DNA of 63,994 nucleotides, counting the filler, from Candidatus Hydrogenedentota bacterium (GTDB lineage: Bacteria > JBFMHD01): the NCBI GenBank assembly GCA_040752395.1. It is 8 parts of 8 records of this genome, joined end to end, with 100 filler letters (N's around TTAATTAATTAA, not from the genome) between each part and the next. Parts side by side here need not be neighbours in the genome. Positions count along the whole stretch, not along the records: positions 46,917 to 53,188 come from JBFMHD010000164.1; positions 53,289 to 59,459 come from JBFMHD010000165.1; positions 59,560 to 63,994 come from JBFMHD010000224.1; 5 more parts are not named here. The stretch is one strand, 5' to 3'. Position 1 is the first letter of the stretch, and every line of letters begins with the position of its first letter. The position numbers were made by a program, and so were the translations under genes. The notes under the pieces are model-generated. The model did not search any database. It was given only the letters and a program-made list of their open reading frames with translations, and was not told the DNA's origin. Positions 52,083 to 62,228 of the stretch are shown here, piece by piece.

Positions 52083-52153
52083 ACACCGAAAACCTATCAC
52101 CTATCACCGAACACCAAACACCGAACTTAAAAACTCCACCAAAGACCGAGGCG
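52083..52153. repeat. heptamer tract (CACCKAW)n plus AACTCCACCRAAG motif
   Basis: ACCTATC ACCTATC ACCGAAC ACCAAAC ACCGAAC; the motif recurs at 50885-50903. Confidence 0.65.
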
Positions 52154-53188
52154 TTACGGTTTCAAGAGTTCTATAAACTCATCTTCGGTAATTATTTCTA
52201 CACCTAATTTTTTTGCTTTAGCAAGTTTGCTGCCTGCTTCTTCTCCACAAACAACATAATCTGTATTACTCGATACAGAGGAAGATACTTTACCGCCCCT
52301 CTCCTTAACAAGTTTGCCTGCCTCATCTCTTGAAAATCGCTGTAACGCTCCTGTAAAAACAAACGATTTGTTCTCTATCTCTTTTATTATCTTTTTCTTT
52401 TTCTCAACATACGGCTCCAAGCCGTACATAAGCATTCTTTCAATCCGCTTTATGTTTGAATTATCACTAAAATACTCAACAATACTTTTAGCTATCTCAT
52501 CACCTATACCTTTTATAGAAATCAAATCATCATATTTAGCTTCTTTTAATCTATCTATACTTTCATAATGAGAGGCGAGAAGTTCAGCAATCACTTCACC
52601 TACATTTTTAATCCCAAGCGCATAAATAAATTTAGATAAAGTCACTCTTTTACTCATATTTATAGCATTTATTAAATTATCAGATGCCTTATCTGCAAAT
52701 CCTGGCAAGCCGATAAGGTCTTGTTTTTTTAGTCTATATAAATCAGCTTCATCTTTTATTAATCCTTTTTTAATGAGCAGTTCAACAATCTTATCGCCAA
52801 GTCCCTCAATATTCATTGAATCCCTGCTTACGAAATGCTTTATCCTCTCGATAATTTGTATCTCGCATTTTTTAGAATCACACCGTAAATACGCTCCGTC
52901 TTTAGTAAGTGTGTACCCACATCCTGGACATCTTTTCGGAGAAATAACTCTTTTTTCGTTACCACTTCTTTTTTCCACTACGGGTTTCACAACTTCAGGT
53001 ATAACATCACCGGCACGTTTAATAACAACTCTATCACCAATACGAATATCTTTTCTTTCAAGGTCTTCAAAATTATGTAAAGTTGCTCGTTTAACAATCA
53101 CGCCGCCAATATTAACAGGTTCAAGATTCGCAACGGGTGTAATTATCCCTGTTCTACCAACCTGAAAAATTATCTCTTTAACAGTAGT
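52154..53188 (-). CDS. ligA: NAD-dependent DNA ligase (5' truncated)
   Basis: QVGRTG, RATLHN, RAGDVIPEV, Zn finger, HhH motifs, BRCT (GSKLAKAKKLGV). Confidence 0.96.
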   Translation of the reverse strand, partial: TTVKEIIFQVGRTGIITPVANLEPVNIGGVIVKRATLHNFEDLERKDIRIGDRVVIKRAGDVIPEVVKPVVEKRSGNEKRVISPKRCPGCGYTLTKDGAYLRCDSKKCEIQIIERIKHFVSRDSMNIEGLGDKIVELLIKKGLIKDEADLYRLKKQDLIGLPGFADKASDNLINAINMSKRVTLSKFIYALGIKNVGEVIAELLASHYESIDRLKEAKYDDLISIKGIGDEIAKSIVEYFSDNSNIKRIERMLMYGLEPYVEKKKKIIKEIENKSFVFTGALQRFSRDEAGKLVKERGGKVSSSVSSNTDYVVCGEEAGSKLAKAKKLGVEIITEDEFIELLKP

Positions 53189-53409
53189 NNNNNNNNNNNN
53201 NNNNNNNNNNNNNNNNNNNNNNNNNNNNNNNNTTAATTAATTAANNNNNNNNNNNNNNNNNNNNNNNNNNNNNNNNNNNNNNNNNNNNTTATGATGTCAG
53301 GTGATAAAACAAATTTGTCTGATTTTAAAATAATATCAGATGCTTATTCATTGAATTGGGCTTTATTCAAAGCATTAAATACCAACGATTTTGTTACTCT
53401 ACAATACTT

Positions 53410-53675
53410 CTAACTTCTGACCCCTGATACTTCTTACTTCGTGAAATTATTAGAGTTACAACGTTTTTCGAAGGAGTCAACACGAGCGTGGGTTGCGCTC
53501 TAGACTATTGCGTTCTTGCGCTCTACACTATGGGGTTCTTGGGTTCTTGGGTTATTGCGTTATTGCGTTTTTGCGCTCTACACAACGTATGAAAAACCAG
53601 ATGTTTGTTTATCTTGCTTCTTGCTTCTTGCTTCTATTTGATATTATTAGAGTTACAACGTTTTTCAGAGGAGGT
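53410..53675 (+). repeat. modular repeat array C-I-I-H-I-A-C
   Basis: Two C copies (53446-53477, 53638-53674), three TTGCGCTCTA units and GGGTTCTT octamers. Confidence 0.92.
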
Positions 53676-53685
53676 TTACACGGCT

Positions 53686-55971
53686 ATGGCTATGCAGCAT
53701 AAAACAAAAAAAGATTCGAAACTTAATCTACTGCCATTATTTGAAGAACAATTATCAAAAACAAGAGATGAGATTTTCTTTGAACCCGAACTTTCAGAGA
53801 ACGCTCAAATAGTACTTCAAAAAAGGTATTTCAAAAAGGATGAGGAAGGCAAAATAATCGAAGACGCTAAAGCTATGTTTCTCAGGGTAGCAAAAGATAT
53901 CGCTAAAGCTGAAGAAAAATATGGCTCTTTAGAGAATGTTCGAAAATATACAGAGATATTTTATCAAATGATGGCTAATCTTGATTTTTTACCTAACTCA
54001 CCAACACTTATGAATGCTGGTAAACCTTTGCAGCAGCTCTCTGCGTGTTTTGTGCTATCAGTTGGCGATTCAATGGAAGAGATATTCGACGCTGTAAAAT
54101 ATACAGCGTTGATACATAAATCAGGTGGGGGGACAGGATTTTCTTTTTGTAAATTAAGACCAAAGGGTAGTGTCGTATCTTCAACAAAAGGGATAGCATC
54201 AGGTCCTGTCTCATTTATGCGTGTGTTTGATGCTGCTACAGAAACTATTAAACAGGGCGGGACACGCCGGGGCGCAAATATGGGGGTTTTAAAAGTTGAC
54301 CATCCTGATATACTTGAATTTATTGATTGTAAAAAAGATCAGAAACATCTCAACAATTTTAATATATCAGTAGCTATCACTGACGAATTTATGCAGGCTC
54401 TGTATGAAGACAGGGAGTATGGTTTATTAGACCCGACATCAGGTAAAATAACAGGACGTTTATCAGCTCATTATGTTTTTAATAGAATAATTGAGAATGC
54501 TCATAGAAATGGCGAACCAGGTATAATTTTTATTGACCGTATCAATGCTTTTAATCCAACACCTGAGATAGGTATGATCCAGGCAACTAATCCCTGCGGG
54601 GAACAGCCTCTCTTGCCTTATGAATCCTGCAACCTTGGCTCAATCAACCTTTCAAATTTTGTAAAAAATAATAAAGAGATAGATTTCCAAAGACTTGGAG
54701 ATGTAGTTGGATATGGTGTCAGGTTTCTTGATAATGTAATAGACAGAAATCACTATCCTTTGAAACAGATTGAACTCCAAACTTTAGGTAATAGAAAGAT
54801 CGGGCTCGGTGTTATGGGGTTTGCTGATATGTTGATAAAACTCGGGATACCATATAATAGTGAAAAAGCTGTTGAAATAGCCGGCAAGGTAATGAAATTT
54901 ATTAATGAAAAAACTACCAAATATTCAGAACAGTTAGGGATTGAAAGAGGTAATTTCCCTAATCATTATAAAAGTATTTATAAAGATAGACACCCAATGA
55001 GGAATGCAACTGTAACTACAATTGCACCTACTGGAACCATAAGTATTATTGCAGGTGTATCAAGTGGCATAGAACCGTTATTTGCTTTAAGTTTTTATAG
55101 AAACGTGCTTGATGGCAATAAACTAATTGAAGTCCATCCACTCTTTAAAAAAATACTCGAACAAAACGGATTATATAACAAAGAATTGATTAACAAGGTT
55201 GCTGAAAAAGGGAGTATCAAGGAGATAAAAGAAATACCGGATGATATAAAAAGAGTTTTTGTAACAGCACATGATATAGAACCGAAATGGCATATTATAA
55301 TGCAGGCTGAGTTCCAGAAATATACAGCCAATGCTGTTTCTAAAACAGTGAACTTACATAATAACTCAACAAAAGATGATGTTAAAGAGATATATTTACT
55401 TGCTTATAAACTTGGCTGTAAAGGGGTAACGGTTTATCGTGATGGCAGTCGTGAGGAACAGGTTCTTGTGAAAACAAAAGAAGGGAAGACTCGTGAGGTA
55501 AAACATCCAAGAAAACGACCCGTTATAACAGAGGGTAAGACAGTAAGAATCAATACTGGCTGTGGTAAATTATATGTTACAATAAATGAAGATGAGTTTG
55601 GCGTATGTGAGGTTTTTAGTACTATGGGTAAGGCAGGTGGTTGTACTGCAAGCCAGTGCGAAGCTATCTCAAGACTTATCTCAGTCTCTTTAAGAGGAGG
55701 GATGGATATTAATGAGATTATCACGCATCTAAAGGGCATATCCTGTCCTAATCCAGGCTGGGATGCTAAAGGCCAGATTTTATCCTGTGCTGATGCCATA
55801 GCAACCTCGCTTGAGTTATATCTTGAATCACGAGGTAAAAACGGCACAAGACCCGCTTTACCACAGAAGATCGTGATAACAGCAGGCGGGTGTCCATCGT
55901 GCGGCGGCACAATGGTAAATATGGAAGGTTGTGCGACCTGCCGTGTCTGCGGATTCTCAAAGTGTTCGTAA
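53686..55971 (+). CDS. nrdJ: class II (adenosylcobalamin-dependent) ribonucleotide reductase with TSCPD domain
   Basis: [43 protein letters not shown]-terminal CPSC..EGCATC..CGFSKC. Start moved to ATG 53686. Confidence 0.94.
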   Translation: MAMQHKTKKDSKLNLLPLFEEQLSKTRDEIFFEPELSENAQIVLQKRYFKKDEEGKIIEDAKAMFLRVAKDIAKAEEKYGSLENVRKYTEIFYQMMANLDFLPNSPTLMNAGKPLQQLSACFVLSVGDSMEEIFDAVKYTALIHKSGGGTGFSFCKLRPKGSVVSSTKGIASGPVSFMRVFDAATETIKQGGTRRGANMGVLKVDHPDILEFIDCKKDQKHLNNFNISVAITDEFMQALYEDREYGLLDPTSGKITGRLSAHYVFNRIIENAHRNGEPGIIFIDRINAFNPTPEIGMIQATNPCGEQPLLPYESCNLGSINLSNFVKNNKEIDFQRLGDVVGYGVRFLDNVIDRNHYPLKQIELQTLGNRKIGLGVMGFADMLIKLGIPYNSEKAVEIAGKVMKFINEKTTKYSEQLGIERGNFPNHYKSIYKDRHPMRNATVTTIAPTGTISIIAGVSSGIEPLFALSFYRNVLDGNKLIEVHPLFKKILEQNGLYNKELINKVAEKGSIKEIKEIPDDIKRVFVTAHDIEPKWHIIMQAEFQKYTANAVSKTVNLHNNSTKDDVKEIYLLAYKLGCKGVTVYRDGSREEQVLVKTKEGKTREVKHPRKRPVITEGKTVRINTGCGKLYVTINEDEFGVCEVFSTMGKAGGCTASQCEAISRLISVSLRGGMDINEIITHLKGISCPNPGWDAKGQILSCADAIATSLELYLESRGKNGTRPALPQKIVITAGGCPSCGGTMVNMEGCATCRVCGFSKCS

Positions 55972-55983
55972 GGATTATAACCT

Positions 55984-56568
55984 GTGTTTGTAGAACTTAT
56001 AAATTATACTCCGGATCCTGAGATTACAGTCGTAACAGCGGCACGAACCTGTTATAAATCAGAATCAGATTCAAAAGACCATAAGCTTGGGCACCGTGAT
56101 GCTAAACTTTTAAAAAATCTTATTAAAAAAGGCCATCATTCAATACTTGAACATATCAGTTTTACATTCAGGATAAGCGGTGTAAGCAGAGCATTAACAC
56201 ATCAATTAGTAAGGCATCGTATAGCGAGTTATTCTCAGAAGAGTCAACGATACGTCCGTGAAGATGGTTTTGAGTATATTACACCTGATACAATTAAAAC
56301 CTCGAAATATCATAGACGTTATGAAGCCCTGATGAAAGAGATCGATAATTTTTACAACGAGATGATAAACGATAAAATCCCGGCTGAAGATGCACGCTAT
56401 ATACTTCCCAATGCCTGCTGCAGCGAGATTGTAGTGACAATGAATGCGCGTGCGTGGCTGCATTTTTTAGAACTGCGTGAAGAAAACAATGCACAATGGG
56501 AGATCCGCAAACTTGCTAAACAAATCCACTTAAAACTCCAAAATATCGCACCAACTATATTTAAATAA
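55984..56568 (+). CDS. thyX: FAD-dependent thymidylate synthase
   Basis: GHHSILEH, RHRIASYSQKSQRY, AQWEIR. Confidence 0.95.
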   Translation: MFVELINYTPDPEITVVTAARTCYKSESDSKDHKLGHRDAKLLKNLIKKGHHSILEHISFTFRISGVSRALTHQLVRHRIASYSQKSQRYVREDGFEYITPDTIKTSKYHRRYEALMKEIDNFYNEMINDKIPAEDARYILPNACCSEIVVTMNARAWLHFLELREENNAQWEIRKLAKQIHLKLQNIAPTIFK

Positions 56569-56767
56569 AAAACGGAAAAACAGGAACGGTTCTAGTTTTT
56601 CCTGTTTTTTGATAATAATTTTAGCGTGTTTTGGAATAAAATTTATATAAAGTGTGGCAGCTTTTGTGTTCCAAGTTCAGGTTTTTCAGAGACCTCTACA
56701 ATAAATCTTGACAAAAAGAAGGATACCTTTTAATAAATCTCGACCTTTTATTAATAAAAGAAGTCGC

Positions 56768-57077
56768 CATGAGCGCGTTTGCGCTCTACACTATTGGGTT
56801 CTTGGGTTATTGCGTTTTTGGGTTTTTGCGCTCTACACAAAGTATGAAAAACTAAAGATGATATGAAAAGAGTCGTGAGTCGCAAGTCGTGAGTCAAAAC
56901 AGGACTCGAGACTCAAGACTCAAGACTTTTCAGCAGGCTTTGGGCTTTTGGCTCCAGCCGGCTGTAGTCTGTAGCCTGTACCCCGAATTATTAGAGTTAC
57001 AGCGTTTTTCAGAGGATAGGAGTTAGGAGTTCGTAATAATAGCTCCGAGCTCCGAACTTCGAACTTTTTCGAAGGGG
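56768..57077 (+). repeat. modular repeat array I-H-I-J-D-B-C-G
   Basis: D-B is the reverse complement of 62275-62395; G matches 28856-28915. Confidence 0.94.
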
Positions 57078-57083
57078 TCGATT

Positions 57084-57956
57084 ATGAAATTTGAAGATGA
57101 TGATTTAAAAAAGATTATAGAAATAGAAGATAGCATACTTGAAAAACTTGGTTCCTGCGAAAAAGTTGATTCTGGATATGAGGGATTAAATGATGAGGAG
57201 CGTAAAAAATTAGCAGCTCTTTCGAGTAGTAAGGAATTGTACTCTACAGTTATACAATCGATCCTTGGGATTAAGCTTACTGAAGAGACAGCGCGTAATG
57301 ACTGGAACAATATTTTGGTCCATAAATATTTTCTCTCCCAGAAGGTCGGGCACGATGTAGGGATTATTCTTGCTGTGCTTGACTATTATAAAAACATAAA
57401 AAAAGAGGATAGAGAATTCAGGCTTATTGACAGAAAGACACTGGAATCAACGTATCAGAACCTGATCACAGATAGTTTAACAGGGCTTTATAATCACAGA
57501 TATTTTCACGAACAACTTCAGAGATTTATACAATCTCATAGTAAAACCAGCTCAACATTATCTCTTTTCTTTTTTGATATAGATGATTTTAAAAATTTTA
57601 ATGATACAAATGGTCATCTTGCAGGAGATATATTATTGGCTGAGATCGCTCGAATAATTTATGAGAATATCAGAATGGATTTTGATTTACCCTGTAGATA
57701 TGGTGGTGAAGAGTTTGCTATAATTATGCCTTATACTGATAAAAAGAATGCATTACAATTAGCTGAGAGGACGAGGGAAAACATAGCATCGTATTCGTTT
57801 CCTGGCAGAGAATATCAACCCTTAAAAATTGTTTCTATAAGCGGTGGGATCTCGGAATTTCCGTCTGAAGCAAACAATAGAAAAGATTTAATAAATCTTG
57901 CTGATAAAAGATTATACCGTGCGAAGAAGAAGGGAAAAAACAGAATAGTTACATGA
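57084..57956 (+). CDS. diguanylate cyclase
   Basis: DSLTGLYN, DIDDFKNFND..GHLAGD, RYGGEEF. Confidence 0.92.
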   Translation: MKFEDDDLKKIIEIEDSILEKLGSCEKVDSGYEGLNDEERKKLAALSSSKELYSTVIQSILGIKLTEETARNDWNNILVHKYFLSQKVGHDVGIILAVLDYYKNIKKEDREFRLIDRKTLESTYQNLITDSLTGLYNHRYFHEQLQRFIQSHSKTSSTLSLFFFDIDDFKNFNDTNGHLAGDILLAEIARIIYENIRMDFDLPCRYGGEEFAIIMPYTDKKNALQLAERTRENIASYSFPGREYQPLKIVSISGGISEFPSEANNRKDLINLADKRLYRAKKKGKNRIVT

Positions 57957-58219
57957 AAAAGCTGTTCTTATTTTTCGATTTCTTCTAATTCAGCTTTAAT
58001 AGATTGATGATACTTAATTCCTCCTTTTTCTATATTCTTTCTACTTGTTAATATTTTTAGTAACTTAAAGTCTAAAGTTTAAAGAACGGGTCTTGTGACC
58101 CTCTTTACATTATATTGATTATATTGAAATTACAAAAAATAAAAAATGTAGTGAGCATCTTTAGATGCGATGACCAGGTTTTTCAGAGCTCTCTTTCCAA
58201 ATAATAACCATACAAAGAT

Positions 58220-58248
58220 TTGACAGAATACATAGTTTGTTCTAACAT
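58220..58248 (+). promoter_or_regulatory. sigma70 promoter of the MNT-HEPN fusion gene
   Basis: TTGACA-N17-TAACAT. Confidence 0.6.
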
Positions 58249-58284
58249 AAAAGTGATATGAAATCAGTTTAGAGTGATGATTAT

Positions 58285-59130
58285 ATGGATGATGGGAAAA
58301 ATAAGGTTGAATTACTAAAAGAATATTTCAAAAAAAGAGACGATATTGTAATGGCTTTTTTATTCGGTTCAAGAACAAAAAATAGTAGTCATAGCCAGTC
58401 TGACTGGGACATAGCAATATACCTGAAACCTGATAAACAGTACGTTGAGATAGAAGAACAAGACCGAGCGTATGAACAAGAAGATGTTATCTGGAATGAT
58501 TGTATAAAAATACTTAATACTGATAATGTTGATTTAATCATTTTAAACCGTGCACCGGTAAATATTTCTGATACTGCTATCAGGGGGAAAACTTTGATTA
58601 TTAAAGACCATACCTTATATTTATTGTTTATGCTGGCTGTTACACGTGAAGCTGAAGATTATAGAAAATTTGTAAACGAATACTATAGTATCAGTCAGCG
58701 TTCTACATCTTTTTCGTCTGCAGACAGGGTCATACTACAAAAAAGTATCAGTTTTGTCGAGGAGCAGATGACACTTTACCCATATTTTAATAATCTAACT
58801 CTCAAAGAATACACCGCCAATATTCACAAAAGGAATGATGTAGAACGCTGGGTTGAGAATATCGTTAATGCAGTTATCGATATGTCAAAGATTATACTTG
58901 CAAGCCGGCATAAAATTATACCTGATACTTACAGAGAAGTTATAGTACGAGCTTTAGTGATATTAAAACTATCTGAGAATTATATAAGTAAATTCGAAAA
59001 GTGGATAAAACTCAGAAATATACTTGCTCATGAATATCTGGATATAAGATGGGGAAGGATTGAAGACTTTATAAAGACAAGCGAACCCGTGGTCAATGAC
59101 TTTTTATCTTCCCTCAAAACCTATTTATAA
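58285..59130 (+). CDS. fused MntA-like nucleotidyltransferase and HepT-like (DUF86) RNase
   Basis: LFGSRTKNSSHSQSDWDIA and LRNILAHEY in one 281-aa ORF. Confidence 0.88.
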   Translation: MDDGKNKVELLKEYFKKRDDIVMAFLFGSRTKNSSHSQSDWDIAIYLKPDKQYVEIEEQDRAYEQEDVIWNDCIKILNTDNVDLIILNRAPVNISDTAIRGKTLIIKDHTLYLLFMLAVTREAEDYRKFVNEYYSISQRSTSFSSADRVILQKSISFVEEQMTLYPYFNNLTLKEYTANIHKRNDVERWVENIVNAVIDMSKIILASRHKIIPDTYREVIVRALVILKLSENYISKFEKWIKLRNILAHEYLDIRWGRIEDFIKTSEPVVNDFLSSLKTYL

Positions 59131-59257
59131 GTGCGGTTCCCAACATTTAATAAATAAACATTTATACGAGTCTGTTGCAGAGGTTAGTTTTTTGGTTTTC
59201 TTAGCGGATTTATCTATACACCAATTGTTATCGTGCGATACTTTACTTCCTTCAAGC

Positions 59258-59459
59258 TTAGTCTTCTAATTCAGCTTTAACTGATTGATGATACTTAATC
59301 CTTGCTTTCTTTTTAGCCTGCTCGAACCACTGATTAAATATCTCATTTTGTTTTTTTTCAAAGAGGTCATTATAGAGTTCGGCCCGGAATCTCTCAAATT
59401 CCTCTTCGTCAAAAGGTTTACGTTTTATAAGTTGAAATATATGGTAACCGTTCTGAGCG
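59258..59459 (-). CDS. C-terminus of a probable PpiD/SurA-type parvulin chaperone (5' truncated)
   Basis: Manual translation ..NGYHIFQLIKRKPF..KQNEIFNQWFEQAKKKARIKYHQSVKAELED*. Confidence 0.6.
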
Positions 59460-59652
59460 NNNNNNNNNNNNNNNNNNNNNNNNNNNNNNNNNNNNNNNNN
59501 NNNTTAATTAATTAANNNNNNNNNNNNNNNNNNNNNNNNNNNNNNNNNNNNNNNNNNNNTTTGTTTTCGGTTATAGGTTATCTGATACTTCTCACTTCTT
59601 ATTTCTTCACCACCTATAACTGAAAGATTACTCTTAATATTAATATATATCG

Positions 59653-60837
59653 TCAAATTTTATTTATTTCCTTTAAATTAATTATGCTTAAATTTTTCAG
59701 ATAGTACGAAATAATGTGAGCAACAAATTCGTGGCCTTGTTCATTAAAATGTGCGTCGTATTTGAAATAAAGGGTTCTATCAGTCTTTTTAAAATAATCT
59801 TTAAGATTTATAAAATTAATATTGTTTTCTGTAAGAAATGGTTTTAAGATATTTATCGGTTTATCAAGGTCAAGATGCGCGGTCTGGAGATATGGGTTAA
59901 TCTCAATGGTCTCTTTTAATCTGTCATTGTATAACTCTATCTGGTCAGGTATAGATACAAAAATAAAAGAAGCTTTATTTTCTATTGTTAAATCCCTTAT
60001 TTTTAATATCAGTTGTTTAGTAATCTGCCAGGCCTCATCCCAGCCCTGTTCATAATCCTTATAATATACACGATTGTTTAAGATGCCTTTATATAATCTC
60101 TTTTTTGCTCTGAAACTATATAAAAGTTTATATTTTATATCGTAGATAAAATTTCTTATATAAGATTTTCGCCATAGACTCTTTGTTAAATACGTTTGTT
60201 TCCGCTGCCTTATTACTCTATCATAATCATACGGAACCAATTTCAGTTCATACCCTCCTCCTTTACTATCAACAAGTTTCCATAAAGGCCGGTTTTTCGA
60301 GCCCTGGAGAAGATATTCATAGTTCAAAAAATAGGAATTATCCCAGACATCGTTGTTGGCAAAAAAACAAAGTATAACAATATCAGGCTTTAATATATCA
60401 ATATAATCTTTTAATATCAGATACTGCTGTCCAGTACCGTGACCCTGGATCGCAAGATTAAAACATTCGTATACGTCTGTATCGTTATTTAATAGTTTTT
60501 CAAGGATCCTGGGAAAGGTTTTATCAACAGATACCTGCGCCCCTAAAGTAAAAGAATCACCTAAAAATATTATTCTCTTTTTACCCTCTGACTTAAAAGT
60601 AAACTCCCTTTCTCTGAAACCAGAAGAATTTGAGCTTATTTTTGTTTTAAAACCATAACCTGTATAAATACTTTCACGCGATGGTGTATGATACGAGCCA
60701 TAAACAGGATGCGGTATCCAGATATCTTTGTATTCGGGTGAATACTCCAAAAAAAATAATCGTAATATAAACTCAATTATGAAAATGCTGCAAATTATTG
60801 AGATAAAAAAAACAGAAGATAATTTTAAAACCCTCAT
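59653..60837 (-). CDS. membrane-anchored SGNH/GDSL hydrolase (AlgJ/AlgX-like)
   Basis: NSSGFRE, LGDSFTLG, ANND, DAHFNEQGH. Confidence 0.85.
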   Translation of the reverse strand: MRVLKLSSVFFISIICSIFIIEFILRLFFLEYSPEYKDIWIPHPVYGSYHTPSRESIYTGYGFKTKISSNSSGFREREFTFKSEGKKRIIFLGDSFTLGAQVSVDKTFPRILEKLLNNDTDVYECFNLAIQGHGTGQQYLILKDYIDILKPDIVILCFFANNDVWDNSYFLNYEYLLQGSKNRPLWKLVDSKGGGYELKLVPYDYDRVIRQRKQTYLTKSLWRKSYIRNFIYDIKYKLLYSFRAKKRLYKGILNNRVYYKDYEQGWDEAWQITKQLILKIRDLTIENKASFIFVSIPDQIELYNDRLKETIEINPYLQTAHLDLDKPINILKPFLTENNINFINLKDYFKKTDRTLYFKYDAHFNEQGHEFVAHIISYYLKNLSIINLKEINKI

Positions 60838-62195
60838 AATTTGTTTAGCGCAGCTACAGCATCACGAATTGAGGTAACAGGAAAGAGTTTAATATCAGTA
60901 AAATTCAATTTCTGGGATATCTCAGGTATGATTATTCTTTTAAAACCGTTTCTTGTAGCTTCTTTAATCCTTGATTCGATGCCGATCACACCCCGAACCT
61001 CACCTGTAAGACTGACCTCACCTATAAAACATAAATCACCAGCTAAACTTATTTCTTTATAACTTGAGTATAATGCGAAACAGGTGGCTAAATCACAAGC
61101 TGTATCATTCAATCTTATTCCGCCACTCACATTTATATAAATGTCCTGACCCGATAACCTTATACCTGCTTTTTTCTCAATTACAGCGATACAAATAGCC
61201 ATCCTGTTATAATCTATGCCTGTAGATAGTCTTCTTGGTTGAGGAAATGGTGAATAACATACAAGGCCTTCTATCTCGACAAGCAATGGTCTTGTGCCTT
61301 CAAGTGTTACAGCGGTCGCAACCCCCGGGCTTTTTGTAAGGTTTTTTGAGATAAATATTTGCGATGGGTTTTTTATCTCAATTAAACCTCTGCCTGTCAT
61401 CTCAAATACGCCTATCTCATCAGTTGAACCAAATCTATTCTTTACAGCTCTAAGTATCCGTATCATACCCTTTGTTTCGCCCTCAAAATAAAGAACAGTA
61501 TCAACCATATGTTCAAGTACCCGTGGTCCTGCAATGACCCCTTCTTTTGTAACATGACCTATAATAAAAGTCGGGATACCCATACCTTTAGATATTTTTA
61601 AAAATCTGGCTGCACATTCTCTTACCTGTATCAGTGTCCCCGGAACTGTGTTAATCTCTGGTATGACCACTGTCTGGATAGAATCTACGATAATAATATC
61701 AGGTTTTAATTCCTGTAATTCTGTTTCAATACTCTCGATATTATTTTCAGTAAAAACAATCACGTTTTGTGATGTTACATTTAATCTTTCAGCTCTTAAT
61801 TTAATCTGGGATTGCGATTCTTCGCCTGAGACATACAACACCTTTTTCCCTGATTTTGCGATTGCATCGGTCATCTGAAGCAGGAGTGTAGATTTACCGA
61901 TGCCTGGTTCACCACCTATCAATACCAGACTTCCTTCCACAATGCCGCCACCAAGTACTCTATCAAGCTCGTTTATACCTGTTTTTATTCGATGGATATT
62001 ATCAATATTTATTTTATTAATAGGGAGTGGTCTGGCTAAATTTAAATTCAAGCTGAACCCCTGTCTTTCTGTTCCTTTTTTTGGTATCTCTTCTTTTAAG
62101 GTATCCCAGTTTTTACATTCTGGGCATCTGCCAAGATAACTTAATGTAGTATAACCGCATTCAATACAAACATATCTTTTTTTAGTCTTAGTCAT
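60834..62195 (-). CDS. radA: DNA repair protein RadA/Sms
   Basis: CIECG..CPEC, GEPGIGKST, KNRFG. Start moved to ATG 62195. Confidence 0.96.
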   Translation of the reverse strand: MTKTKKRYVCIECGYTTLSYLGRCPECKNWDTLKEEIPKKGTERQGFSLNLNLARPLPINKINIDNIHRIKTGINELDRVLGGGIVEGSLVLIGGEPGIGKSTLLLQMTDAIAKSGKKVLYVSGEESQSQIKLRAERLNVTSQNVIVFTENNIESIETELQELKPDIIIVDSIQTVVIPEINTVPGTLIQVRECAARFLKISKGMGIPTFIIGHVTKEGVIAGPRVLEHMVDTVLYFEGETKGMIRILRAVKNRFGSTDEIGVFEMTGRGLIEIKNPSQIFISKNLTKSPGVATAVTLEGTRPLLVEIEGLVCYSPFPQPRRLSTGIDYNRMAICIAVIEKKAGIRLSGQDIYINVSGGIRLNDTACDLATCFALYSSYKEISLAGDLCFIGEVSLTGEVRGVIGIESRIKEATRNGFKRIIIPEISQKLNFTDIKLFPVTSIRDAVAALNKL

Positions 62196-62228
62196 AGCCG
62201 CTTCGCTCCATTGCAAATTGCTTTATTT

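Noticed and set aside
53410-53685. Cobalamin riboswitch or NrdR boxes upstream of nrdJ
   Set aside because: The region is fully explained by repeat modules; I see no B12 box and no convincing tandem NrdR boxes.
59285-59515. + strand 76-aa ORF running into the gap
   Set aside because: The - strand frame gives a more plausible parvulin-chaperone C-terminus.
21103-59559. Seven identical TTAATTAATTAA palindromes flanked by Ns
   Set aside because: Artificial contig linkers; no biological meaning and no synteny across them.
2911-62139. Numerous short ORFs antisense to or nested in long genes (e.g. 21508-21969, 43258-43752, 55434-55910)
   Set aside because: Shadow ORFs of well-supported genes with no recognisable motifs.
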